A DNA stretch of 64,000 nt from Felis catus (GCF_018350175.1 NC_058368.1:31188001-31252000); one strand, 5' to 3'; positions 25,273-38,940 are shown, counted from the stretch's first letter. Notes: generated by a model not told the origin, from the letters alone. Made by a program: numbers and translations.

Positions 25273-27082
25273 ACAGGCAAATATCTCTGATTAACATAGA
25301 TGCAAAAATCCTCAAAAAATAATAGCAAACCAAATTCAGCAATACATTTAAAAAATCATTCATCATAGGATCCCACCAATTGTGATTTATTTCCAGAATG
25401 CAAGGGTGGTTCAATGTTCAGAAATCAAACAACACAATACATCACAGGAACAAGAGTAAGAATAAAAACTATATGATTATTCTAATAGATACAGAAGAAG
25501 CCTTTAAAAAGTAGGTCTAGAGGGAACATACCTCAAAATATTAAAGGCCTTATATGAAAAACCCACATAAAAATCATACTCAATGGAGAAAAACTGAGAA
25601 CTTTTCCCCTAAGGTCAGGAATAAGACAAGGTTGTCCACTCTCAATGCTTACATTCAACATAGTACTAGACGTCCTAGCCACGGCTGTTGGACAACATAA
25701 AGAAATAAAAGGCATCCAAATTGGCAAGGAAGAAGTAAAACTCTCACTACTTGCAGAAGACATGGAGCTATATACTGAAAACCCTGTTAACTCTACCAAA
25801 GAACTACTAAAACTGATAAATTAATTCAGTGAAGTTGAAACAACTTCAATGGACAGAAATCTGTTGTAGTTCTATACAGTGAAATTAAGAAAACAATCCT
25901 ATTTAAAATTGTACCAAAAATAATAAGACACCTAGGAATAAACTTAACCAAAGAAATGAAAGGCTTGTACTCTGAAAACAATAAAACATTGAGTAAAGAA
26001 ACTGAAGATGACACAAACAAATGGAAAGAAATTCCATGTTCGTGGATTGGAAGAACAAATGTTAAAACGTCTATGCGACCTAAAGCAATCTACAGATTTA
26101 ATGCAATCCCTATCAAAATACCAACAACATTTCTCACAGAACTAGAACAAACAATCCTAAAATTTTCATGGAGCCATAAAAGACCCTAAATAGCCAAAGA
26201 AATCTTGAAAAAAAACAAAACTGGAGATATCACAATTCCAGACTTCAAGCTATACTACAAAGTGGTAGTAATCAAAACGCTATGATACAGGCATAAAAAT
26301 AGACACATACATCAATAGAACAGAAAACCTAGAAATAAAGCCTTCATTATATAGTCAATTAATATTCAGCGAAGGAGGTATAAATATACAATGGGAAAAA
26401 GACAGTTCTCTTCAAAAATTGGTGCTGGGAAAAATGGAAAAAGTAGACAGCCACATGCCAAAAAATGAAATTGGACTCCTTTCCTAGACTATACACAAAA
26501 ATAAACTCAAAATGGATTAAAGACCTAAATACGGGACCTGAAACCATAAAAATGCTAGAAAAGAGCACAGGCAGTAATTTCTCTGGCATCAGCCATAGCA
26601 ACATTTTTCTAGATATGTTCCCTGAGGCAAAGGAAATAAAAGCAAAAACAAAGTATAGGGATTACATCAAAATACAAAGCTTCATAACAGTGAAGGAAAC
26701 TGTCAACAAAACTAAAAGATACCCTAAGGAATGGGAGAAGATATTTGCAAATGACATAGCTGATAAAGGGTTAGTATCCAAAATATATGAAGTACTTCTA
26801 CAACTCAACACCAAAAAACAAATAATCCAATTTAAAAATGGACAGGAGACATGGACAGACATTTCTTCCAAGAAGACATATAGAAGGCCAACACATACAT
26901 GAAAATATGCTCAACATCAATCATCTTCAGGAAAATGCAAATCAAAAGCACAATGTGATATTTGCCCCTGAATACTTTTACACTTCATAACTTGAGGCAG
27001 GATGTTTGTATCCATTCTGTTTTGTTATGCTCTATTTTTGCTGTCATCTGAAATGCCCTTTGAAAATATATTAAACAGTTTT

Positions 27083-27297
27083 GGGGAGCCTGGGTGGCTC
27101 AGTCTGTTGAGCGTCTGTCTTCGGCTCAGGTCATGATCTCGCGGTCCGTGAGTTCGAGCCCCGTGTCAGGCTCTGTGCTGACCGCTCAGAGCCTGGAGCC
27201 TGTTTCAGATTCTGTGTCTCCCTCTCTCTCTGACCCTCCCCATTCATGCTCTGTCTCTCTCTGTCTCAAAAATAAACAAACATTAAAAAAAAGAAAA
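27083..27297 (+). mobile_element. Can-SINE
   Basis: CpG-rich body. TSD-like gaaaatatattaaacagtttt (27062-27082) / gaaaatacattaaacggcttt (27298-27318). Confidence 0.95.
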
Positions 27298-30200
27298 GAA
27301 AATACATTAAACGGCTTTTTTAACATATGTGTTCTAATACAGTGTATGAAATCAATTCACTAATCCACAAATTAAAATAATGCCTAGATATACCTGATGT
27401 TATAGTGGAGATCTATTTTCAAAGATGACCCATTAGCCCATGATTGATTATTAGTGTGGACAAATTTTTCAGATAAATGCACTTGAACTAACCCAGAAAA
27501 AAGGGACTTTGGTTGCCAACTGGGACAGAGAGGCATCCCATTTTGAAGGCAAAGCATTGTTGTAAGAAGTAAAACATGGATGTTACCTTAATGAAGGTAA
27601 ACTGAGGCTACATTTGACACCACAGTTGTGAGGAGTGAGTATGAATATGTGATGTGCCTTCAGAGCTTTCTGAGAATTCTGAGTGTCCAAGAGAAAGAGC
27701 AAAACTATGAGGAACATTAAAGAACATTTGCTGTTTTTTTTTTACGTTACTGATGTAGAAACTGAAGTAATCAACTTAATGTATCGTCCATATTGTACCA
27801 GACTCTGTTATTTGTTTTTAAAACTGTGTAAGATCATGTAATAATTTCCTACTTTTAACCATGTTGACAATAGAATTTTGTTTCTCAGATATAATCTTTA
27901 AAGATTATACACCTAGCCTTTGAAGTAGCTTGTTAAACATATATTGTAGGAGATTGTCCTACATATCAATTTTACCCATCTTTGTCTGATTTGCTCTTCC
28001 ATGTATTTATTTACATTGCTTTGCACCCTTTGCATTTTACCCATGGGTACTACAGGGATGTCTTGAAGTGTTAACTAACATCTCTAACAGTTTTTGACAT
28101 TGCATGATCCCTGAGGAAAACTATGGTTGTGTATTCTATGTCTACATTAATTATGACTTTTACTTATGCAAATTTGATAAGTCATTGGAGAGTGGAAATG
28201 GTGAGTATGTTGGAGATAAAGTAAAATCCTTTCTAGTTAATTGATTTTTCATTTGCTTTACTGCATTAAGTGGAATTGTGTTAGCAATGAACTTAACTCA
28301 GACTGGGTTTTATTCCTTTGATCTATTGCTTCATGAAATCTATCTCTTCCTTTCTTTTCATGTATGGTAAATGCTTACCATTCTGCTTTTTATCCTCTGA
28401 CCTAAGCTAATTAGTTTCCTTCACCGTCATAACACTATGATAACTCTTATTTCTACCACTCCTCTTTAGAATGATACAAGTATAATGAAGAGTCCTGTGA
28501 ATTACATTTTAACTGTATAACCACAGAAAATGTGAAACTTTTTGAGAAGCGAGTCAAACATATTATGCATGCGATGTAACAGATCTCATCTGTTTCTCAT
28601 CTTAAAGCTCCTTAGATCTTCTTAGGGACAACATCTTCAACCTATAAAATGATATTTTGAGGAGAGCAGACATTTCAGTGAGTCTAAATTTAAATTTAGA
28701 GGATTATCTCCAAGGTTGATCTATTGGAATTACTTATCTGGACCGAAGTAATTCAAGTAATTCAGGTGTAGTGAAACACTTCTAATTTTAAATTCAGAAG
28801 CATTAAGGAGTGAGTTGGATTATTGGCTATAGCACTTAGTTGATCCTCTTTCTTATCATCCTTGACTTTTAAAGCCTGGCCTTTTTTTAAATGTTCTTCA
28901 GAAATCCATGTGCTCACAGCATTTGATTCATTAATTTTGAAAGACTATTATAAAGGCCTTTTAAGTGATAAGTTCAGAGATACCTAAAAACCCAAGTGTG
29001 AACATACACAATTAAAAGAAAGAACTCTGTAAAAATGTCATAATGAATCAGAAGTTCCAAAGTGAATCTTGGGTGAAAGGAGACTGATCATATTTTACAG
29101 GCAAGTCATTTTTTTTTTCAAAGTCTGAATCTTCACTAAATGGATCCTTGGCATTGAAGGTGGGCAGAGGATAAAGAACTTCCTTTGTGTCCATATGCTA
29201 TAATTGTTTTTACTGTATACATTTGTAAGCCCTTATCGTCTATACTTTTATAAGCCCTTTATTTTTGTTATTATCAAGTGCTAGAAAGGGATAAAGAGAA
29301 AACAGATTTTATAGATATCAAGCTAAATGTCTAAGTAAAGCAGGTACCTAATTTTATCATAGAAGCCTAGGCATAAACTAAATTAATTTTCAAGACATTG
29401 TTCTTTCTTCCTTCCCTTCCTTCCTTCCCCTCTTGAAAGATATATTTTTCAAGAGTAGTAATGAAATTGCTGCTATTAAAATCTCAGTTTTCATCCAATA
29501 CTCCCTATTGTAGTATATATATATTTATAATATATATATCTACAGATGAACACACATATGTAATACATAATTATATATTATGATCTGCACAAAATACTGT
29601 TTCAGATTAAGAACTGTTTATAAGATGAGCTTCTAGTTGCTTAACTAAATTGTATTCCAGCATTGATCTGAACCATTTTCAACTAAGTAGCAATAATGGT
29701 TTTATATATTTCAATCTTTTATCACCAAAGACGTCATTTATTTGACTTTATTTTCCAATTATATATAGCTTTTTTGCCATCATGCCGGCACAGCAGAGGT
29801 AAAAATCTGCATCACTATGTTGTTTCAAATTTAAACAGTTTTTCCACTCAGCTGGACAGAAACAAACCAGTAACTACTACTTGATCTGGGCCTTGAGACA
29901 GAATTAGAATTATTCCAGGGAGAGGAGAGAGAAAGGTAAAGGGCCTTTAAGACTGGGGAAGAGTGTGCAAAAACAGAGAAGGGGCAGGGATGGCTATGAA
30001 AATTGGAGGGCAGTGAGGCGAGAGCCCTGCTGTGAGCAGGGGTAGGGGAGCGGGTATTGGACAAGTTGGGAGATACTCTGCATACATACTCAGGGCCCCC
30101 ATCAGAGAGAAGTTGAATAGTCAGGCTGAGAAATGGTTAGGTTACTGCATTAAGAGCAAATATTTCTAGGCAAAGAGGAAAGAACAAAGACTTAGAGAAG

Positions 30201-30653
30201 ATCAACAAGAAAAAAAAAAAAGAAGAAACAATTGCCAAGTCTCAGAAGACAAGAAAGAAAAATGGCTAAACACAAAGGAACACAAAGCACATGTTAGAAA
30301 AGTGAAGACACACAGGGATTTCACCCTACATGATACAGTTCTGCCATTCACTGCAGGCAAGGCGAATTGACCGTAACATGTTTTTCTTCCAGAAAAACCT
30401 GATCAGCCCCACAATCATTTACAAGCCAGGATTGCAGGAACTTCTTATCCGTCATTACCAGCAGATTAGATGAAACCTATCTGCTCTCTTAGAAAGAATA
30501 CATAAGAGTGAAAGAGGAATTCTAGATAGAAGTCACTAGAGTTATCATTTTTACTTTCAATCATGTAGACAAATAATTTTACCATTTTTTTTTTCCTGGA
30601 TGGATAGTTCATTGGTGGGAGACTGTCTGCATACACAGAGTTTATGAAGCTAT

Positions 30654-30826
30654 ATTGCTCAAATTATGATCTGCAGATCACCTCCGGCAAAATCTCTGGA
30701 TTCTAGAACCTCTGGATTCTTCTGTTAAGGAATGCTGAATGAAAATCCAGGGCAGGGAACAAAGAAGCTGTATTTTCAGCGAGTACCTTGCATGAATCTG
30801 TTGCACACCAAAGTTTGAAATACATG
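30654..30826. mobile_element. hAT-Charlie non-autonomous relic (MER5A-like)
   Basis: Ends 'tgctcaaa...' and 'gcacaccaaagtttgaaatacatg'. Internal 'ctgtattttcagcgagtacc'. Confidence 0.55.
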
Positions 30827-31429
30827 AGTTTAAGGAGCATTCGTCTGGGTAACTTTCCTATCAGCACTCAAACAGCAAATGCTGACAGAGCCAACCTGGC
30901 GAAGTTACTTTTCCTTAATGATACTTAAGTTTCTTTTAATTCACAGCTATAGGAAGGCATCAAACACACTAGCGGAGATAAACACACTAGCGGAGATAAA
31001 AGTTTACAGTAATTGTGTTTGCTAAACAAACACAGTATACATGCTTGCACAAAACTAAAATAATATGTTGATATAACTATATTTGTTTTCCGATGTTAAG
31101 TACCAATGATTTAGACTATGAGGGTGAAAACTCCAGCAGCTATGATTAGGGTATGCATCCTGAGTGGATTCTCTTTCACTTTTAGCCTGCTGGTTGTCAC
31201 ATCACTGTGTTAGTCTTATTCCTTCTGCTTATGTGTTCTATAACCCAAATGGAGTGCTGCCCATTGTAAATTCCTAATAAAGACTTGCTAAATTAAATTG
31301 TGCTTGATTTTCCCCTCTGGTGATGCAAAACAAGGTAACATGCCATCCAGAGTTGTGAAGGAAGGAAAATAGCTTTTCACAGGTAGCTAGACTCAAGCCA
31401 TATCTTATTTAACATCACATTCAGAGCTA

Positions 31430-31812
31430 CTGATAGTCCAGCTAAATCAAAATTTAAAGCCATCCCCCACCTTATTTTCCTTCACTTTTCCCTTATATGT
31501 GCTTTTTACCTTTTCTGCCTTTGCTTACACTCTATGACTTCTGCCTGAAATGCCCTTATCCCCCGCCCCATAACCTATCCCTTCCTCCTGTTTGCCTGTC
31601 TAGATGAGATATTTTCAACCCATGACTGTCCACAATGTGTTACCATTTCCCTCTCATGGCAGTAAAATATGCCTTATTTTTCTCATGTTTATGGAGGTAT
31701 AATTTCTTGTTTATATAAATGTCTCCAAAGGCAGATTCTCTTTGCTTCCCCCTTTGAGCACCTAGGTGTACACAGTAGGTGCTCAATCATACTTACTAAA
31801 ATTAACGAATTA
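31430..31812 (+). mobile_element. LINE-2 3' relic
   Basis: 'cttctgcctgaaatgccctt' and terminus 'cacagtaggtgctcaatcatacttactaaaattaacgaat'. Confidence 0.6.
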
Positions 31813-33542
31813 ATATCTAGTTAAGAAAGCCAGCTCTGGGAGGACTGTATAAGGACAGATTCCTTTTTGCATCATTGGCACTGTAAAATGACCTTGCTAG
31901 AAAAAGTTTGCTCTGACTTGGATGTAGAACCACTCTATCAGTCCTGAAATAGAACTATCTTACACTTACAAAACACTAATGGATGTTTTTGAGATTTTCA
32001 TTTGTGCATAGTACCCCGGTTACCAGGTAAACACACAAAGTGTGGAGAGAAATTCAGTTATTTCTTTGTGACTCACTGACATTCCACCTAAGTGAACTCT
32101 TGTCAATTTGTTTTAATTATTCTTTCTGGAAGTTTTAGAGACAGTTAAGAAAAGGAGTTATAATGCCTAGAAGTCTATAAAAATAAAAAAAATTAACAAT
32201 GGACTATAAGATTTTATGACAAGGATGGAACGTGAGATAGGAAGGACATGCTATGTATTTAAATGCATTTGAATCCATTGTCAGAGCCCCTGCATGAGAT
32301 ACACTCAGTGTATGGATAGGCATTAAAATGAGTAAGAGACTGAGGTTCAGTGAAGCTCAACCAAGTATTCCAAATGACTCTGGGAAAGAAAAAAAAAAAG
32401 CCCAGAACTTTGAATACTTCTTTGAAAACATAAATTTTGAAAGAATACATTTCTGAGAATATTTCAATCTTATGTCTAATATATTATCCTGAAGAATAGT
32501 CTCCTCTCTTGCCTAAAAGCCAAAGACTAAATAGTAATTTATTCCCTGAGGTAGTGGATGTTGAGGCTTTGTATTATGGGACTAAAATTTACCAGAGATA
32601 AAATAGAGTTATTCACTAGAATTTTTTTTCTCAGGATCTGTTCTATTATACACTACCCTATCCCCCTAATTCATATTATGACACTGAAAAATACCAGGTC
32701 GTCAAACTTAGCTATAAATTACTTCACACCCCTAGAAGCATAGGCATTCCAGAAAGTAAATTAATTTTTCACTTTTAGTTTCAGATTACTGACTTTTCGT
32801 AAAAGGGTTATGCTAATTTTTCTGGTCGAATGTCAATTGATGAGTCCCATAGGGCACAGTTAAAATGCTACAAAGATCACTTTTCTTTATCAAATATCTT
32901 TAGGCAATTGTGAAACCAAATGAATAGATTTATCCTACTCCACCCCCAAAATAATGGGAAAAAAAGAGAAAACAAAAATCTTCAAAAAATTTTACCTTAT
33001 TACTGCATAATAGCTGTATGACTATATATTTAGCCTCTATTTTATTTTGGGTATGTTTTATTGAAATATGCAAAACATTAAACAATTTTAAACCTGTACA
33101 AAAGTAATATAATAAAATGGAAGCTATCCTTTCATGTCACCCTTTGGAAAGGAAGTTAGGAAGCTGTTATACATATTTTCTCTGAATCTGCCTTGAAATA
33201 TGCATAAATTCACATGACATTTTGGTAAATGTATTTCCCTAAGAAGATTCCATGCATTTCAGGAAGTGTATAATTTGGCAATTACTAAAGAAATTATTCA
33301 TTTCTCATGTATAAAAAATAAATAGTTGCATTAAATACATGTAACCTGTCAGAATATGACTTATGGTTGCCTCCAGCAATAGCAATGTATGTGCTCTGCT
33401 CATTCAATTTAATAATACATTTTCAATAATAAATAAATTAGGTCATAAATTTGTGTTATGTGCTGGAACCTAGAAATAACTCTCCTCTCCCTCCCCTCTT
33501 TCCCTCACCACCTCCCCATAATTTCTCTCTCATCTCTCTACA

Positions 33543-33584
<42 letters not shown>

Positions 33585-33878
33585 ACACCCAATACTCCAC
33601 AGGTAAATGTCTTTTGAAAAAAGTAAAACAAGTATTATGCCAACAGAAAAATAAATAGCCCAAAAGGAAAATGGGCAATAATGAATATGATCAATAATTC
33701 TTAAGAACTCTTCCTTATAATTTTATTGACTTTTACATCTCTAGCCCTCTTTTATACTAATAGATCCCTCTGAGGATCTAGAACATTCCTTCAACAATTC
33801 AGCGTCAGTGGAAATCAAGGTCTATTGAGGTCACATGATTGCACAGTCCATAGCAAGTAGTAATTCATGTTTGGTGAA

Positions 33879-34103
33879 TAAGGCTGTTGGTGTTAAAAAG
33901 CAGAAGAAACCTTTGGTGGGGAAAAGGCTACAGCTACCAAGAAACCAGCCACTGAGAAGAAGCCTACAGAAAAGAAACCCACCACAGAAGAAAAGTAGCC
34001 CCTGAATAAACTTAAATTTGTTTATTCCATAAATGTCAATCATTTTGAACAGCTAGTTTTGAATAAAGCCCTGATCAAAGGCAGTGAGAAACATGAAATA
34101 AAA
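33879..34103 (+). pseudogene. RPL4: Processed pseudogene fragment of 60S ribosomal protein L4 (C-terminal ~45 codons + 3' UTR)
   Basis: Translates KAVGVKKQKKPLVGK/(frameshift)KATATKKPATEKKPTEKKPTTEEK*, matching the RPL4 C-terminus. Followed by an RPL4-like 3' UTR ('ttattccataaa..tcaatcattttg..cagct..ttttgaataaag...ggcagtgagaaa'), a short A-rich tail, and the flanking repeat agtagtaat (33856-33864 / 34107-34115). Confidence 0.93.
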
Positions 34104-34541
34104 GGGAGTAGTAATCAGTGGCATATTTAGTTTGAGGATAGTTTTCTTGACTTCAGTTCCATATTCTTTCTATGGAACAAATAAGCAGATAATATTGGAA
34201 TGCTAATTCTCTCATTTAATTGAGCTAGCTTCATGGCTTGTCCTTTATATATTGTTTTAAATTCTTTTTCTTTGTTTCTTTCCTAATACAGAAATTTCAG
34301 CTGTGAAAAGGGGTGCTCTTGCTTTGATCTCAAAGACACAGTTGTGTCTCATGGGTTAAACTGCACCTGGTGTTAAATGCCAAGGTGATGTATGAAAAGG
34401 GAGTAACAGAAAATTAAGACCCAGAGGCTAAGAAAACAGGACCAATGCAGGTAATACTACAGATTTTTTTTAAAACAATGAAGCAGGACAAGCAAAGTAA
34501 ACTCAAATCTTGAAATACACAGTGTAGCTCTTAGCTGAGAG

Positions 34542-34574
34542 TTTTTATATATATATTTTTTAAGTTTATTTATT

Positions 34575-34616
<42 letters not shown>

Positions 34617-34785
34617 CGAGCATGAGTGGGGGAGAGGCAGAGAGAAAGGGAGAGAGAATCCCAAGCAGGCTCCACGCTGTCAGCACAGAGCCTGTCGCAG
34701 GGCTCAAACTCACAAACCTTGAGATCATGACTTGAATCAAACCCAAGAGTCACACGTTTAACTGGCTGCACCATCCAGGCACCCC
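34542..34785 (-). mobile_element. Can-SINE
   Basis: Long (GA)n, body ending 'ccaggcacccc'. Flanks ctgagagtttt / ctgagattttt. Confidence 0.93.
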
Positions 34786-36311
34786 TGAGATTTTTTTTAA
34801 GTAGGGGTTAAAACTTGACATTTTTTGTAAATTACAAGTATGGGGTGTGTAAAGGGAGTGGGGATAGGGACCTGCTATGGTCAGTGGTTGCAAGTTTCAT
34901 GTGTTCTTAAGGTGAAATCATCATTGCTAAGGTCTTTAGGCTATAAATATACTTGTTTATAAAGGAAGTATTTGGGATTTTGTAAGGTACATGGTTGTTT
35001 ATGAAGGGCACAGCATAATAAAAACAGCATAAGTTAGAATTAGATAAATAGGAGCCTTAACCCCATCTTTACCAATGATTAGCTATGCGTTCTCAGAAAG
35101 CTGAGATTCAAATTTTCAACTAGTAACACGATGAAGAGTTGTTATAATATTTAAATAAAATAAAGCATGCAGGTGCTAACTAAGTGTTTACTGAGTATTC
35201 TCGTCTTGTTCCTTGCAGATCCAACCTTGCTTCTCTACCTTGCACTTCACTGATACTCTATTGACACTCTGTTGAATTACTCTTGTTTTCTGGTATATTT
35301 TGGATTCAGACAATGAAAGTTATCCACGGGAGAAGGGAAAGTGAGAGAAAAAATTGACATATGATTTCATTCCTCAGGTCTCTTCCTATGAGGTTGGTGG
35401 GGACCACCTTTCTGTACCAAAGGAAGACCAGGATGTCCCTGTAGATGCCCCTCTCCCACCCCATGGTTTCCACTCCTGCTGGGTTCTGCTAAATAAACCC
35501 TCCTTCACCTAACCCATTCAGACCTAGGGTAATAGTGCCTTTCCTGCTATGATTATCTCCAGAGTGTCACATCATTACTTGTTGACTTCCTTCAAACCCC
35601 TCACACCTTTGCAAATAGTCCCTTTATTAAACTCTCCTCAAACGCCCCTTTTTGATATGCCATCTGTTCTCCAGCCAGGACACCAGTGGAATAGTTATTA
35701 TCATTATTATCATTATTACAGAGTGGTCTCTCTGAATGCCATGCCAACTGCTCTTATGAAGGCGATTCATAGTAACTGCTTTGATAATTGTGACAGCTAA
35801 CAAGTGACACATGGAAATGCAGAACTGTCAATCTTGTGATTAATTATCCAAAGTGTCAGACATCATAAAGGGACTCAAAAGTGTTCATGTTTATTGAAAA
35901 GTGAACTAATTTACTAATTATATATATGTACATTTGGTTGTATATTGTTGAAAATTGCACAAACATGTATCTATCAAATTATATAATTGTAAATACAAAA
36001 CTAAGACAAAAATAGGTTTTATCTTTTGCATTATGAGAATTATGAAATATATGTCTTCTAGAGAGTGGCTGGGATGGGGACTGGTGAGAGAGAGGCCTCT
36101 GCCTTCAGTTCTGGGGAGGCAGGACACAGTGATCACAGCTGTGAACTAGCTTGTCCTGCCCTGACAGGTGGCTCTTACTCCAAGGGCAGACACACTGTGG
36201 GGATTGGTTTCACTGGGATAAACAGCAGCAAGCAAAGTCTGTTCTACTGCATGAAAACAATAGAAGATCTTAAAGATTGGGCTTAAAGAATTTAAAATAT
36301 TGGCAAAAGAT

Positions 36312-36510
36312 GGGGCACCTGGGTGGCTCAACCGGTAAGCATACGACCTCAGCTCACATCATGATCTCACAGTTCATGAGTTCAAGCCACCTGTTGGGCT
36401 CTGTGCTGACAGCTCAGAACCTGGAGCATCAGAGTCCGTGTCTCTGCCCCTCCCCTGCTTGCGCACATACTCTCTCTCTCAAAAATAAACATTTAAAGAA
36501 AAATTTAATA
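36312..36510 (+). mobile_element. Can-SINE
   Basis: Head 'ggggcacctgggtggctcaaccggtaagc' with CT segment and 'caaaaataaacattt' tail. Confidence 0.92.
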
Positions 36511-38562
36511 TATACATCCAAAAGATACAAAATAGAATATATTAATATATATTATATACATATATAATATACATATACATATTAATATATATGATATATA
36601 TTAATATATATCATATATATTAACATATATATTAATATATATATGCAAAAGATACAAAATAGAATAGGACCAAAGCCGGTTTTTAATTTAGAATGCTACA
36701 AACCACATCAGTTAAATAATTTTAGTAGCATAACTTTTAGAAATCACACACTGGCTGACATTTTTCAGTCACTTCCTCTGAAGCAATTTAATACATATCA
36801 GAGAATATCAGCTTATTCACTTTTACAAAGCCAGAGCAAAATAAATTAGGGTGAGAGATTCTCCTCCTAGTAAATACTGAGAAGATGAGCATTCATTTTC
36901 TGGATGTTTCCTATCAGTGAGATTTCCAATAACCCATAGTTTCAGGCAATTCGCTCCTTCTACCTCATTTGGTTGACCCAGGCATTGGGATTGATTGCCA
37001 CAGGTTTAATATAGCTACAACTAATGGCTTGTAGATTCTTTTATAATCAAACCTTGCTTGAAATGTCTATTAAAGTTTGCCCCAGGAATCAGAATGTCAG
37101 AGTACCTGGGACAAATGACTTTCTCCAAGTCAGGTGTAAAAACACTTCCTAACAAGGTAGCAAAGCAGTTGTTTATTTTAGAACTTATGAAAATTAAGGA
37201 AAACAAACCAAAACTTAAAAATGTTTATTAGTGTTTTAAATAATAAGTAATAAGGAAGATTTGGGGACATGTCTAGAGGTAAAATGTATTTTACTGGCCA
37301 CTGGGAACACGATGGAGAATATAAACTGAGGACATGTTGCTGCTTTTCACTAAGAATGTTGGCTGTGGTTTTGCCATCAATGCACACAGACATCAGAGAT
37401 ATCAGTCTAACAATCTTAAACTTCATTCAAATGTGGACCTTTTAAAATCATTTGAACTTTGTGTTTTTTTAAGAATGAACATCTTATGGCTTCAAATACC
37501 ACGGGTGAAGACAATAAATTGAACCCAATTATCTGGGTCTTATCATGGAGCCAGAATTTGTTCTCTGATGATATTTTTAAATAATTATTTCTTTGTTGTG
37601 CCTATAATTTGTTTCTTATAACTTGCACTGATATAGTTATTTCAAAATGTATAAAAACTAATTTATTTTCCCAAGACATAAGTTGAATATATCTTAATGC
37701 ATAGTAAAAGCAATTATATAAGTGAAGTCTTTGTACTTTTTAAACAGGAATAAAAAGGAAAGGAATACCAAAAAGTCTCAAACTGACTGTTGAGCAGGGA
37801 GAATTACATAAGGATGAGAAATTCAATTTGGAAAATATTTACTGATATAGAACCTAACACGTGGTTATTATTGAGGGTGATGATGTACTGGTCCAACTTA
37901 ACATATAACTAATTATAATTGACTTACCAACAGAAAATTGTAACAAATTCTCATCTCTGTGCACAGAGAGTCTGAAACCTACTTCTTAGGTTTAATTCAG
38001 GAGATTTCATTAATATAGTTAACATAACCAAATATTTTGACACATACTTATTTAAAACTACCATATATTCAAGTATATCTCATTAGATTTTTGTGTATCT
38101 AAGAGTATTTGGAAAAAATTACAGTGCGAATATAATTAAAATCTTAAACTAAGAAATAATGGCATCACAAGAGAACTAAGATCAAAATGTTGAACCATAT
38201 TGTTCATGGTTTAACATCCTACATCCAAATATTTCTCAATGTGTCTGGTGCTTTGACTAGTGCCTTAAAAAGCTAGTTTGCATAAATATTCAAGAGTTAC
38301 AAGAAGAGCATTTCTTTACCTCAAAAGGTCTCATACTTACTCTTAAAGGATTATCTCTTTGATTAAACTCAAACTAGAAATCAATGCAAAGAAAGAATTA
38401 AAAGCTCCCAAGCTTTCAGAATGCTTTGAATATGGGTAAATGTATGAAGCAGGAAGAAGCAGAAGGACAGTTACATTAATTATACACAAAGGTGCAGCTT
38501 TATTCCTGTGACTGTACAAAATCATAGTATTTTTATAAGGGGATATTAAAAAACTGAAATGA

Positions 38563-38801
38563 GGGGCGCCTGGGTGGCGCAGTCGGTTAAGCGTCCGACT
38601 TCAGCCAGGTCACGATCTCGCGGTCCGTGAGTTCGAGCCCCGCGTCAGGCTCTGGGCTGATGGCTCGGAGCCTGGAGCCTGTTTCCGATTCTGTGTCTCC
38701 CTCTCTCTCTGCCCCTCCCCCGTTCATGCTCTGTCTCTCTCTGTCCCAAAAATAAATAAACGTTGAAAAAAAATTTAAAAAAAAATAAAAAAATAAAAAA
38801 A
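38563..38801 (+). mobile_element. Very young felid-type Can-SINE (SINEC_Fc-like)
   Basis: CpGs intact, long A-tail, perfect TSD taaaaaactgaaatga (38547-38562 / 38802-38817). Confidence 0.97.
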
Positions 38802-38940
38802 TAAAAAACTGAAATGATGAAAGCTTTACTGTAACAACCAGTCTTTATCCTACAATGACATGTTTTCTACTTAGTTGTATTTCTGCTTGCACACTTGATT
38901 TTATTTGATCATTCTGACATAAAAACACCATTCCATCTTA

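Larger units (their letters stand above)
20902..26962 (+). mobile_element. LINE-1 copy C: 5' UTR present, ORF1 almost entirely deleted, ORF2 interrupted, 3' end missing
   Basis: 5' UTR 'agaagatggcaggataggaggaccctaag'. ORF1 start near 22070 is joined at about 22101 to early ORF2. ORF2 continues to 23590, resumes at about 25127 and stops at 'atcaaaagcacaatgtgata' with no 3' UTR. Confidence 0.9.

Noticed and set aside
28460..28580. Short open frame after pyrimidine tracts (…ENVKLFEKRVKHIMHAM*)
   Set aside because: No recognisable homology or convincing splice pair; expected by chance.
35210..35690. Possible ancient ERVL-type LTR
   Set aside because: The composition is suggestive, but I could not fix termini or family.
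38563..38645. tRNA-like A/B-box sequence
   Set aside because: It is the tRNA-derived head of a Can-SINE, not a tRNA gene. The same applies to all SINE heads here.
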